DNA of 27,078 nucleotides from an uncultured Thiotrichales bacterium (lineage in GTDB: Bacteria; Pseudomonadota; Gammaproteobacteria; GCA-2400775): contig CAYURS010000001.1 of assembly GCA_964447165.1 (NCBI GenBank), positions 1 through 27,078 on the forward strand. The letters run 5' to 3'. The notes under the pieces were generated by a model. That model was not told the DNA's origin. It saw only the letters and a list, made by a program, of their open reading frames with translations, and searched no databases. This document shows, one piece after another, positions 1 through 7,503 of the stretch; the stretch's first letter is position 1, and each line of letters opens with the position of its first letter. Position numbers and translations under genes: made by a program.

Positions 1-31
1 ACCAATTTTCCAGGATATTTTCTAACGACAT
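1..31 (-). CDS. 5' end of the next gene in the act-like operon (partial, MSLENILENW...); expected by context to be the 4Fe-4S subunit ActB2/QrcC
   Basis: ATG at 31..29 on the minus strand, preceded by AAGGGG (46..41) 9 nt upstream, directly after the TAA of the 47..2335 gene. The frame is open to the window edge. Identity is inferred from operon logic only. Confidence 0.45.
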   Translation of the reverse strand, partial: MSLENILENW

Positions 32-46
32 AAATAGAAACCCCTT

Positions 47-2335
47 TTATACGCGCCGCAACTGATCGGCAGTAATGGTAGCCACCAATTTGCGGCCAAC
101 CTGGGATTCGCTACCTCCCATTTTAACCAACTCTTCATTACGTCCAGTGCTTTTCACTGTGACTCGTGTTGCACATAGCGCCAATTCGCCAGTATGCGCA
201 TCGGTTGCAGCCACAACCATCTTCAATGGATTAACACCGCGGCCCGTGGCATAACGACCATATTCGCTATGACCCTGCCCCATTGGCACAGCAATAGCGT
301 CTTTGTTAATACCCTTGTGCAAATAAACTTGTGCTTTAACACTGCCTGCTGCACTACTCACCTCAACAAAGTCACCCTGCTTAATTCTGTATTGCAACGC
401 CGTTGCTGGATGCATTTCCACCCAAGAGTTCCAAACGATCTTGGTAATCGCGTCAGGCGCTTCTTGCAACCAAGGCAGGTTAGCAAAACGACCATCACCA
501 AGACGACTACTCGCTGCCGGAATAAGACGCAGCGGGAAATCTTTATCTCTCTCGTACACAGGCAAAGCGAAGGTAACACCATCTTCTGGCTCAACATTAT
601 CGGCCATCTTTGTTGCTTCATCATCGCTAGCTGCATCTGCATCATTAGCCGCTTCAATCACCGGTGCTAATATTATTGCTGGCGCAGCCATTTTTAACAT
701 GCCTTGCTGCAAGCCAGCTTGCCAATAGGCTTCGTCGCTAGCACCTTCTTTAGCCACGGCAGGCACAGCAGCAATCACGTTGCGTAGATAGCCATAGTAA
801 TCGGCGAAGGGACCATATTGCTCTGAGTTGTACAGTTTCATAATCGCCAGCAAAGCATCACCAAAGCTACGTGTCTCAGCATACAATGGCTCCATCAGTG
901 GCTGCTGCAAGCTAATGATTGGCTCTGCGCCAGCGGGCTGATAGCTGGAAACATGAGTGCCCCATGATTCTAGATCAGAATGTAATGGCAGAATAATATC
1001 TGCCATTACCGTTGTTTCATCAATGAACTCGGCAAAGGCAATCTTGATTTTGACCGCATCAAGCGCGCCGGCCATATCAAGCTGTTCAGGCGCGGTATAA
1101 ACGGGGTTGGTGCCAGCAATCAACGCAACACTAATGTCACCGGCATGAGCAGCCTTGGCAAAAGCAGCCAGCTGCGCAGTGTCACCTTTTTTCGGTGCCA
1201 AAGCGGGATAAGGGAAGTCAGCCACTGCAATGACCGTCTTGCCAACGTTACCCAATAACACATTCAACATCGCTGCAGCAGTGACCGCTTCGTAACCATG
1301 CTCATGTCCAGCAGCAGTGCCACCCGCAATCACTAGGCTTGGGCTACGCGTTGCAAGGAAATTTGTTGCCTTTTTAACCAAGTCTGCTGCAACACCGGTT
1401 TGCTCTTCAGCGCTCGCCAAGCTGTATTGACCAAGCTGGTCAGCAATGGCTTTAGGCAGAGCCTTGCTGTCAGCACCATGGCTAGCAACCAGCTCCGCGG
1501 CAATGGTCATTGCCAAAGCGCCTTCGGCACCAGGGCGTACTGGCAACCAAAGATCAGCACTACCACCAGTGACGGTCATTTTAGGTTCGGCTTGAATCAA
1601 CACACCACGTGGCGCATCACGAAACTGGCCATACTGCACAGAATGATGTACCGGCGAGCCCCAGGTGCTTAAAAAGTCAGCCCCGAACGAAAGCACTACT
1701 TGTGCATCAGCAATTTTATATTGCACATTGGCGCTGCCATATACTTCGGCATTAACCTTATCAACGATGGCATCGTTAAGGGTTTCGTGAGCGTAGTGAC
1801 TGGCGCCACCGACTGCTGCAGAAACGGCATCTATCAGCACACGCTGATGGCCACTTACCGTGCCACTCAACCAAGCTATACGTGAACCATCGATGCCTGA
1901 ATCAGGACCAATGCTTGACTTAAGCAGGTCAAAGGCTTCGTCCCAGCTAGCATCAACCAACCTACCGCTCTGGCGAATCTTTGGCTGTTTCAGACGATCT
2001 GGATTGTAGTGTACTTGCAGTGCAGCCTGACCAATTTGGCACAGCGCACCCTGATTCACAGGCGATGCTGGGTTGCCTTCCAGCTTCAGTACGCGACCTT
2101 CACGGACGCGACCAACGATACCGCAACCGGCATCACATTGTTGGCAGGTTGACGCATACCAAACACCAATGCCTGGAATAACATACTCTTCCGGCATCAG
2201 GTAGGAAACCACATCTTCCTCACCTTCTTCCAGCGTCACGGTGCTTGGCATATCGCAGGCAGCTAAGGCCACCGAGGCACCACTTAACCCAGTAATTTTC
2301 AGAAAGTCTCTACGTTTGACTTTATACATGCTCAT
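47..2335 (-). CDS. actB1: Molybdopterin-oxidoreductase-fold subunit, ACIII ActB1/QrcB-like; Tat-exported lipoprotein with an N-terminal 4Fe-4S (FS0) motif
   Basis: Tat motif KRRDFLK; lipobox LAA-C27; C64-x2-C67-x3-C71-x27-C99; ActB-like segments SWDEAF, GADFLSTW, TGGSAD and ANLPWLQEAPDAITKIVWN; C-terminal dinucleotide-binding-type domain (VEMHPATA...VPMGQGH). Lies directly downstream of a pentaheme cytochrome. SD GAGGG upstream. Confidence 0.8.
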   Translation of the reverse strand: MSMYKVKRRDFLKITGLSGASVALAACDMPSTVTLEEGEEDVVSYLMPEEYVIPGIGVWYASTCQQCDAGCGIVGRVREGRVLKLEGNPASPVNQGALCQIGQAALQVHYNPDRLKQPKIRQSGRLVDASWDEAFDLLKSSIGPDSGIDGSRIAWLSGTVSGHQRVLIDAVSAAVGGASHYAHETLNDAIVDKVNAEVYGSANVQYKIADAQVVLSFGADFLSTWGSPVHHSVQYGQFRDAPRGVLIQAEPKMTVTGGSADLWLPVRPGAEGALAMTIAAELVASHGADSKALPKAIADQLGQYSLASAEEQTGVAADLVKKATNFLATRSPSLVIAGGTAAGHEHGYEAVTAAAMLNVLLGNVGKTVIAVADFPYPALAPKKGDTAQLAAFAKAAHAGDISVALIAGTNPVYTAPEQLDMAGALDAVKIKIAFAEFIDETTVMADIILPLHSDLESWGTHVSSYQPAGAEPIISLQQPLMEPLYAETRSFGDALLAIMKLYNSEQYGPFADYYGYLRNVIAAVPAVAKEGASDEAYWQAGLQQGMLKMAAPAIILAPVIEAANDADAASDDEATKMADNVEPEDGVTFALPVYERDKDFPLRLIPAASSRLGDGRFANLPWLQEAPDAITKIVWNSWVEMHPATALQYRIKQGDFVEVSSAAGSVKAQVYLHKGINKDAIAVPMGQGHSEYGRYATGRGVNPLKMVVAATDAHTGELALCATRVTVKSTGRNEELVKMGGSESQVGRKLVATITADQLRRV

Positions 2336-2400
2336 TTAGCAAATGCCCTCTACGCTTGTCATTTATACTGGCCATCAACACTTAACGTCAAACACCGCGC

Positions 2401-3081
2401 TTATTTATGACACTTCCAACAATCGAACGGGCCGTCGTTGGCTTCGTGACATTCGCGACAAAAGCCCATAGTTAGCGACTTTACCTTACGTGCAACAGTC
2501 ATTTCCTTGAGATCACCGTGACAAAAAGAACACACTTCGTCGGCACGCTCAACTTCCATACCTTCATTATCAAAGATAAAGCGCTTGAGATGCTTCTCAT
2601 GGTTAAAATGCACGAAGTCTGGCAAATCATAGACTTTCTTCCACTTCGGAGATTCACCTTTTTCCCAGTACTCTGTCAACTTCTTGATACGCGGCTTGTC
2701 TGTCGCAATAACAGTGTGACAACCCATGCACTTACTGGTTGGCGGTATGCCTGCAACATTACCGCGGCGGGCATAGGTATGGCAGTACATGCAGTTAATC
2801 TTGTTATCCCGCGCATGAATATCATGGGGGAACTCGATAGGTTGTTCGACGTGTTTGCCGTCAAAATCGCCCTTGGGCGGAACGGCATTAGGTACTTCCG
2901 CATAAGCGCTGCCAACAAAAAACAGCAGCAAACACAGCAGGCCGAATGCCAAATTGAAACGCGGCGCAAGGGGGGGCAAAATCGAGCCTCGGAGGGCTAC
3001 GTGCCCTCGGGATACAATATTGCTATTGCTCTGTGTTCGATTGCTTGGTGACGCCTTCCCAGGAATCAGTCCATACGTCAT
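2401..3081 (-). CDS. actA: Pentaheme cytochrome c, cytochrome c3-like, ACIII ActA/QrcA-like (alternative start TTG at 2979)
   Basis: Five CxxCH motifs (CMYCH, CMGCH, CSFCH, CRECH, CWKCH); ActA-like QPIEFPHDIH, LPDFVHFNHEKH and LTMGFCRECH; hydrophobic segment ending AYA|E. GAGG SD before both ATG 3081 and TTG 2979. Confidence 0.85.
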   Translation of the reverse strand: MTYGLIPGKASPSNRTQSNSNIVSRGHVALRGSILPPLAPRFNLAFGLLCLLLFFVGSAYAEVPNAVPPKGDFDGKHVEQPIEFPHDIHARDNKINCMYCHTYARRGNVAGIPPTSKCMGCHTVIATDKPRIKKLTEYWEKGESPKWKKVYDLPDFVHFNHEKHLKRFIFDNEGMEVERADEVCSFCHGDLKEMTVARKVKSLTMGFCRECHEANDGPFDCWKCHK

Positions 3082-3387
3082 AAACGTTACCTCAAATTCT
3101 CACGCAGGTGATGCGAGTATTATCTAACAAATTCAGAAAATGCAGACTTACGGAGGAAGAGAATAAACCACGCCGAGCAGCCATTCGCCCGGAAAAAATA
3201 TTGTCTAACGCCGCTGTTAAGCAGAGCCAACTGCATACAGCGATCACTATTGGTAACAACACTTTTGGCTTAAACCAAATAAAACCTGCCCCCGCGCCGG
3301 TATCGTGCCACCAGCATTTCTGATGTGCGCGTTCACTGAACTCCGAAGCTAAAGGCAGTCGCCTTCGCAGCGGTGATAGAGGGCGGC

Positions 3388-3417
3388 ATCCTAGACTAAT
3401 TCAGCCTGGGCTGTCAA
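3388..3417 (-). promoter_or_regulatory. Sigma70-type promoter for the act-like operon
   Basis: Minus strand TTGACA (3417..3412), 18 nt spacer, TAGGAT (3393..3388), then a GC-rich discriminator GCCGCCC. Predicted start about 3381. Confidence 0.65.
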
Positions 3418-3573
3418 TCTTAACTCCGCATGAACAGCCATCTCTGAACCCGCTACATTGAGCTTATAACATGCCGTGGACAATATGTGATTTTTCACAA
3501 AACTGCGGAAGGTATTGTTTCTCAAACAAAATCACTGGGGCACAATGCGCTTGCGCCATAAAAAAGCATCTCA

Positions 3574-4335
3574 TTAAATCGGATTATCAATGTCTATAAA
3601 TTCGTGATCGAGACTAAACTGCTTTGCTAAATGTCGCCCTAAGGCCTGAACACCATAACGCTCGGTAGCATGATGACCCGCCGCCAAATAATGAATGCCC
3701 AACTCTTTTGCCGCATGAAATGTGCGTTCTGATGCCTCGCCGCTGATATAAACATCAGCGCCCGCTGCTGCGGCCAGTTCAATATAATCTTGCGCAGCGC
3801 CGGTACACCAGGCGATACGCATCAGCGGCCTATCGTGCCCCATAATTAACAAAGGCTGGCGACTTAATGTGGCGCTAACATGCTGGGCAAAATCAGCAAT
3901 ACTCCTGACGGGTTTCGATAATTGCGCACAACGCACCAGCTCTGGGTTGTTAGCTGGCCCAATGGCTGCGCCAAAATCAAGGCCCAGTCGCTGGGCAAGT
4001 TGGGCGTTATTGCCCAGTTTTGGGTGTACATCCAGTGGTAGATGATAGGCGTAGAGACTGATATCAGCGCCGATCAATGCTTTGATACGACGATATTTTT
4101 GGCCGACAATACAAGGGCTTTCACCTTTCCAGAAATAACCATGATGCACCAACAAGGCATCGGCATTAACAGCCACGGCGGCATCAATCAAGGCCTGGCT
4201 TGCTGTCACACCACTGACGATTTTTTGAATCTCGCGCTTGCCAGCAAGCTGCAAGCCATTAGGGCAATAATCATGCTGCGCCGAAACAGTCAGTAATTCA
4301 CTGCAATAGCTTGCCAATTGCTCTCGTTCTACCAT
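3574..4335 (-). CDS. ybgI: Nif3-like dinuclear metal center hexameric protein (YbgI family)
   Basis: DYCPNGLQ, LLVHHG, YHLPLDVH and AGHHATERYG motifs; 253 aa; SD AAGGA upstream of the ATG. Confidence 0.93.
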   Translation of the reverse strand: MVEREQLASYCSELLTVSAQHDYCPNGLQLAGKREIQKIVSGVTASQALIDAAVAVNADALLVHHGYFWKGESPCIVGQKYRRIKALIGADISLYAYHLPLDVHPKLGNNAQLAQRLGLDFGAAIGPANNPELVRCAQLSKPVRSIADFAQHVSATLSRQPLLIMGHDRPLMRIAWCTGAAQDYIELAAAAGADVYISGEASERTFHAAKELGIHYLAAGHHATERYGVQALGRHLAKQFSLDHEFIDIDNPI

Positions 4336-4399
4336 GCGATCATCCTTTTATGTTATATCATTCACACATCATTTTGTCTTTAACGACACACCTGTATCT

Positions 4400-5563
4400 A
4401 TGCGTAAGTTTCTGCTCTATCTCGCCCAAGGCGCGTTTATCGGCCTTATTGTGGCATTCATCTATTTACTGCTGTTTCAACCCCATGTCTTTGAACACAA
4501 AGTCATCACGCTGAGCCAGGAGGCAAAGCCTACTATTGGCCAATTTGAACAACGTCATGGCACCATCGGTGGCCCAATATCTTACGCCAACGCCGTTAAC
4601 TTGGCCGCCCCTGCCGTTGTCAATATCCACACCACAAAAATCATACGCCAACGGCGTAATCCAATGTTGGACGATCCTTTCTTTCGCCGTTTTTTTGGTG
4701 ACAAATTCAATTCGCGACCACGGCAACGTGCTGAAAGCAGTTTAGGCTCAGGCGTTATTGTCAGCCCAGAGGGCTATGTGCTGACCAATAACCATGTGAT
4801 TGAAGGTGCTGATGAGATTATCGTCGCCCTGGCCGATGGTCGCACCTCTAAAGCGACGGTTATTGGCACTGACCCAGATACCGACCTCGCTGCGCTGAAG
4901 ATTCATATCGATGATGTACCGGTGATTACTGTCGGCCAATCTGACTTACTTGCCGTCGGTGATGTCGTGCTGGCCATAGGCAACCCATTTGGCGTTGGCC
5001 AAACAGTCACTATGGGCATTGTCAGTGCTACAGGACGCAGCGGGCTCAACATCACCACTTTTGAAAACTTTATTCAAACCGATGCGGCCATTAACCCAGG
5101 CAACTCGGGCGGCGCACTCATTAATGCCTTTGGCCAGCTGGTGGGCGTCAATACGGCAATATTCTCCAAGAGCGGTGGTTCTCAGGGAATTGGCTTTGCC
5201 ATCCCTACCAGTGTGGCGATAACGGTATTGGAGCAACTGATTGCCACCGGCCATGCGATACGTGGCTGGCTTGGTATCGAAGTTCAGGACATCACGCCAC
5301 GTCTAGCCCAATCATTCCGCCTTGACAGCCCTAACGGTATTCTTGTCGCAGGCGTATTGGAAAACGGCCCAGCTCACCGCGCAGGCTTTCGTTCAGGCGA
5401 TATTATCGTCGGCATAACAGGCATTAATTTTTCTAATGGTCACGAGATGATGAATCAAATCGCGCAAACAGCACCAGGCGAAACGCTGGTCATCGAATTA
5501 ATCCGTGAACGCCAGGCTATACGATTAAAGACCGTTATTGGTCAACGACCACAGCGCGACTAG
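4400..5563 (+). CDS. degS: HtrA-family serine protease, DegS/AlgW type (N-terminal membrane anchor, trypsin domain, one PDZ domain)
   Basis: Triad motifs TNNHVI, DTDLA and GNSGG; GSGVIV; one PDZ domain (GWLGIEVQ); hydrophobic anchor right after MRKF. Start moved from 4334 to ATG 4400 because 4334 overlaps the start of the divergent nif3 gene. Confidence 0.88.
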   Translation: MRKFLLYLAQGAFIGLIVAFIYLLLFQPHVFEHKVITLSQEAKPTIGQFEQRHGTIGGPISYANAVNLAAPAVVNIHTTKIIRQRRNPMLDDPFFRRFFGDKFNSRPRQRAESSLGSGVIVSPEGYVLTNNHVIEGADEIIVALADGRTSKATVIGTDPDTDLAALKIHIDDVPVITVGQSDLLAVGDVVLAIGNPFGVGQTVTMGIVSATGRSGLNITTFENFIQTDAAINPGNSGGALINAFGQLVGVNTAIFSKSGGSQGIGFAIPTSVAITVLEQLIATGHAIRGWLGIEVQDITPRLAQSFRLDSPNGILVAGVLENGPAHRAGFRSGDIIVGITGINFSNGHEMMNQIAQTAPGETLVIELIRERQAIRLKTVIGQRPQRD

Positions 5564-5605
5564 CGCCCACCTCGCGCGCGCTGGCAGAGAAATGCGGGCT
5601 AAGAC

Positions 5606-6403
5606 CTATTTCTGGCCATCATTACCACTTTGCTCAACAGTTTTATCTTCAGCCAACTCTTCTTCGGGCTTTATTGCCGTAAAGTATTTAGACAAAACAA
5701 GGCCTATCTCGAACAATAGCCACATAGGAATGGCTAACAGGGTTTGCGAAATAATATCGGGTGGCGTCAACAGCATACCGAAGACAAATGCTCCGACAAA
5801 AACGTAAGGGCGCTTTTCACGCAGGCTATCGGCTGTCGTCATGCCTGTCTTGATGACAAGAATAGTGGCAATGGGCACTTCAAAGGCGATACCAAAAGCG
5901 AAAAATATTTTAATGACAAAGCCAAGATACGAATTGATATCCGGCATCACCGAAACACCCTCCGGCGCCGTGCCCTGTAAAAAAGCAAAAACCAGAGGAA
6001 ATACAATGAAATAGGCGAACGCCATACCGAGGTAAAAAAGTAAGGTGCTGGACAACACCAACGGAAAAGCCAGGCGCTTTTCATTCTTATAAAGCCCAGG
6101 GGATATAAATGCCCAGGCGTGATAAAGCAATACCGGCACACCAATAAATATGGCTAATACCAGCGTCAATTTCAATGGCGTTAAGAAAGGATCGATAACA
6201 CCAATCGAAATCATCTTGGCATCTTGCGGCATTTGCGCCAGCAATGGCTCAGCCAAAATACCGTAGAGATCATTGGAAAAGGGCAACAAACAAACAAATA
6301 TGACAAGAATAGTAATGACCGCTCTGACCAGGCGATCACGTACCTCCTTCAAATGCTCCATGAAAGGTGATTCTTGTTCTGGTGGGAAATTCTTTGTGGT
6401 CAT
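5606..6403 (-). CDS. tatC: Twin-arginine translocase subunit TatC
   Basis: FMEHLKEVRDRL, PGLYKNEKR, FGIAFEVP and LTPPDIISQ motifs; six hydrophobic segments; follows tatA and tatB. Confidence 0.97.
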   Translation of the reverse strand: MTTKNFPPEQESPFMEHLKEVRDRLVRAVITILVIFVCLLPFSNDLYGILAEPLLAQMPQDAKMISIGVIDPFLTPLKLTLVLAIFIGVPVLLYHAWAFISPGLYKNEKRLAFPLVLSSTLLFYLGMAFAYFIVFPLVFAFLQGTAPEGVSVMPDINSYLGFVIKIFFAFGIAFEVPIATILVIKTGMTTADSLREKRPYVFVGAFVFGMLLTPPDIISQTLLAIPMWLLFEIGLVLSKYFTAIKPEEELAEDKTVEQSGNDGQK

Positions 6404-6448
6404 AAGAAATCTAAGAGTTTACTTTATGCAAGCGCGGCAAACAGACAG

Positions 6449-6760
6449 CTAACTTGATGAGGTCTTGTTATTAGTGGGCACAGAACTACTTGTGCCACTA
6501 TCAACCGGTATAGAATCCTTAAGTTGATTTACAGTATCGTGTAATTCAGCTAGCCCCTCTTGGTCTGAAGCAAGATTTTTTAGTTCTTCGGCCTTATCCA
6601 TCTCGCTTTTGATTTCTTGTTTGACACTGGCAGCAACCTTCCTCGCTTTGCCAACCCATTGCCCAACATTGCGTATCAGACCAGCGAATTTGTCTGGGCC
6701 AACGACAATTAAAGCAATGGCAGCAACAACCAGGATTTCCCAAGAACTGATATCAAACAT
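6449..6760 (-). CDS. tatB: Twin-arginine translocase subunit TatB
   Basis: MFDISSWEILVVAAIALIVVGPDK N-terminus followed by an amphipathic helix; lies between tatA and tatC. Confidence 0.93.
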   Translation of the reverse strand: MFDISSWEILVVAAIALIVVGPDKFAGLIRNVGQWVGKARKVAASVKQEIKSEMDKAEELKNLASDQEGLAELHDTVNQLKDSIPVDSGTSSSVPTNNKTSSS

Positions 6761-6771
6761 ATGCGGGCCTG

Positions 6772-7026
6772 TTAGGCTTTATCTTTTTCCGCCGAAACAT
6801 TTTTCTCGGCGACACTTTTCTCAGAGACCTCACCTTCAATCACGTCATCGGCATCCGCTTTTTCAAGTTTGGCGTCAACGCCTGCTTCACCATCTTTTAT
6901 GGCGCTCTTAAAGCCTTTAACCGCACTACCTAAATCACCGCCGACATTACGCAAACGTTTTGCGCCAAACAAAAGCAGCACAATCACTAATATAATCAAT
7001 AACTGCCAAACACCGATACCACCCAT
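6772..7026 (-). CDS. tatA: Twin-arginine translocase subunit TatA
   Basis: [19 protein letters not shown]...[11 protein letters not shown] signature and an acidic tail. Confidence 0.95.
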   Translation of the reverse strand: MGGIGVWQLLIILVIVLLLFGAKRLRNVGGDLGSAVKGFKSAIKDGEAGVDAKLEKADADDVIEGEVSEKSVAEKNVSAEKDKA

Positions 7027-7068
7027 TATTTCTCTCCAACAACCTGTTTTTTAGTTAATCACCACTCG

Positions 7069-7389
7069 CTATTTTTCAGCGCGCGACACCTTCTCTTCAA
7101 TACCGGAAACACCAAAACGCCGCGACAACTCGTCGGTCACTGCCGACACTGGTATACCTTTATGAACCAGTAAAATCAAAGCGTGAAACCATAAATCTGC
7201 CATTTCATGGATCACCTGCTCACGCGTTTCGCTCTGACTGGCAATGATCACTTCAACGGCCTCTTCACCCAACTTCTTTAGAATTTTATTCTGCCCTGCT
7301 TGGTAAAGACTAGCGACATAAGACGTGTCAGCATCAGCTGTTTTACGACCTTCTAGTACTTTTTCCAGCTTGGTGAGAATATCACTCAT
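7069..7389 (-). CDS. hisE: Phosphoribosyl-ATP diphosphatase (monofunctional HisE)
   Basis: SYVASLY, KKLGEEAVE and EMADLWFH motifs; 106 aa; no HisI domain. Confidence 0.95.
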   Translation of the reverse strand: MSDILTKLEKVLEGRKTADADTSYVASLYQAGQNKILKKLGEEAVEVIIASQSETREQVIHEMADLWFHALILLVHKGIPVSAVTDELSRRFGVSGIEEKVSRAEK

Positions 7390-7503
7390 TGTAACAAATC
7401 ACGCCTAATCAGCCCCATAATGGCCGCTTTTATAATGGTTTTCAACCAAAGTTTATGCAGAAAACTGTCCATTTAAATGACCGATCATTAGCAAGATTGG
7501 GGC

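Noticed and set aside
2363-2392. TTGACG-N18-TATAAA on the minus strand between actA and actB1 as an internal promoter
   Set aside because: The -10 lacks the key final T and the spacer is long. Not supportable without TSS data.
2970-2976. G7 homopolymer near the start of actA as a phase-variation tract
   Set aside because: Seven bases is short for slipped-strand switching, the frame is intact, and it simply encodes Pro-Pro-Leu.
3092-3184. 30 aa minus-strand ORF MAARRGLFSSSVSLHFLNLLDNTRITCVRI, whose TGA overlaps the actA SD; considered as a leader peptide or a relic of a Tat-signal Rieske petA
   Set aside because: It has no convincing SD, RRGLF is not followed by a hydrophobic h-region, and there is no Rieske similarity. 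Ribo-seq would be needed to revive it.
3286-3295. CTGCCCCCGC, resembling the cobalamin riboswitch core; the leader was also compared from memory with Moco, TPP and c-di-GMP motifs
   Set aside because: It is on the wrong strand for actA and lacks the GGGAA/GGTG..AATCC and ACTGT elements. The other motifs were not matched either.
3108-3323. 71 aa plus-strand ORF in the act leader
   Set aside because: It is antisense to the predicted leader, has no SD before its start and no recognisable motif. Likely a chance ORF.
5564-5605. GC-rich imperfect hairpin between the convergent degS and tatC as a bidirectional terminator
   Set aside because: Pairing is irregular and there is no poly-U run on either strand, so it was not called as a terminator.
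7431-7436. Perfect TATAAT on the plus strand as an antisense promoter into hisF
   Set aside because: There is no -35 hexamer or TG extension at the right spacing.
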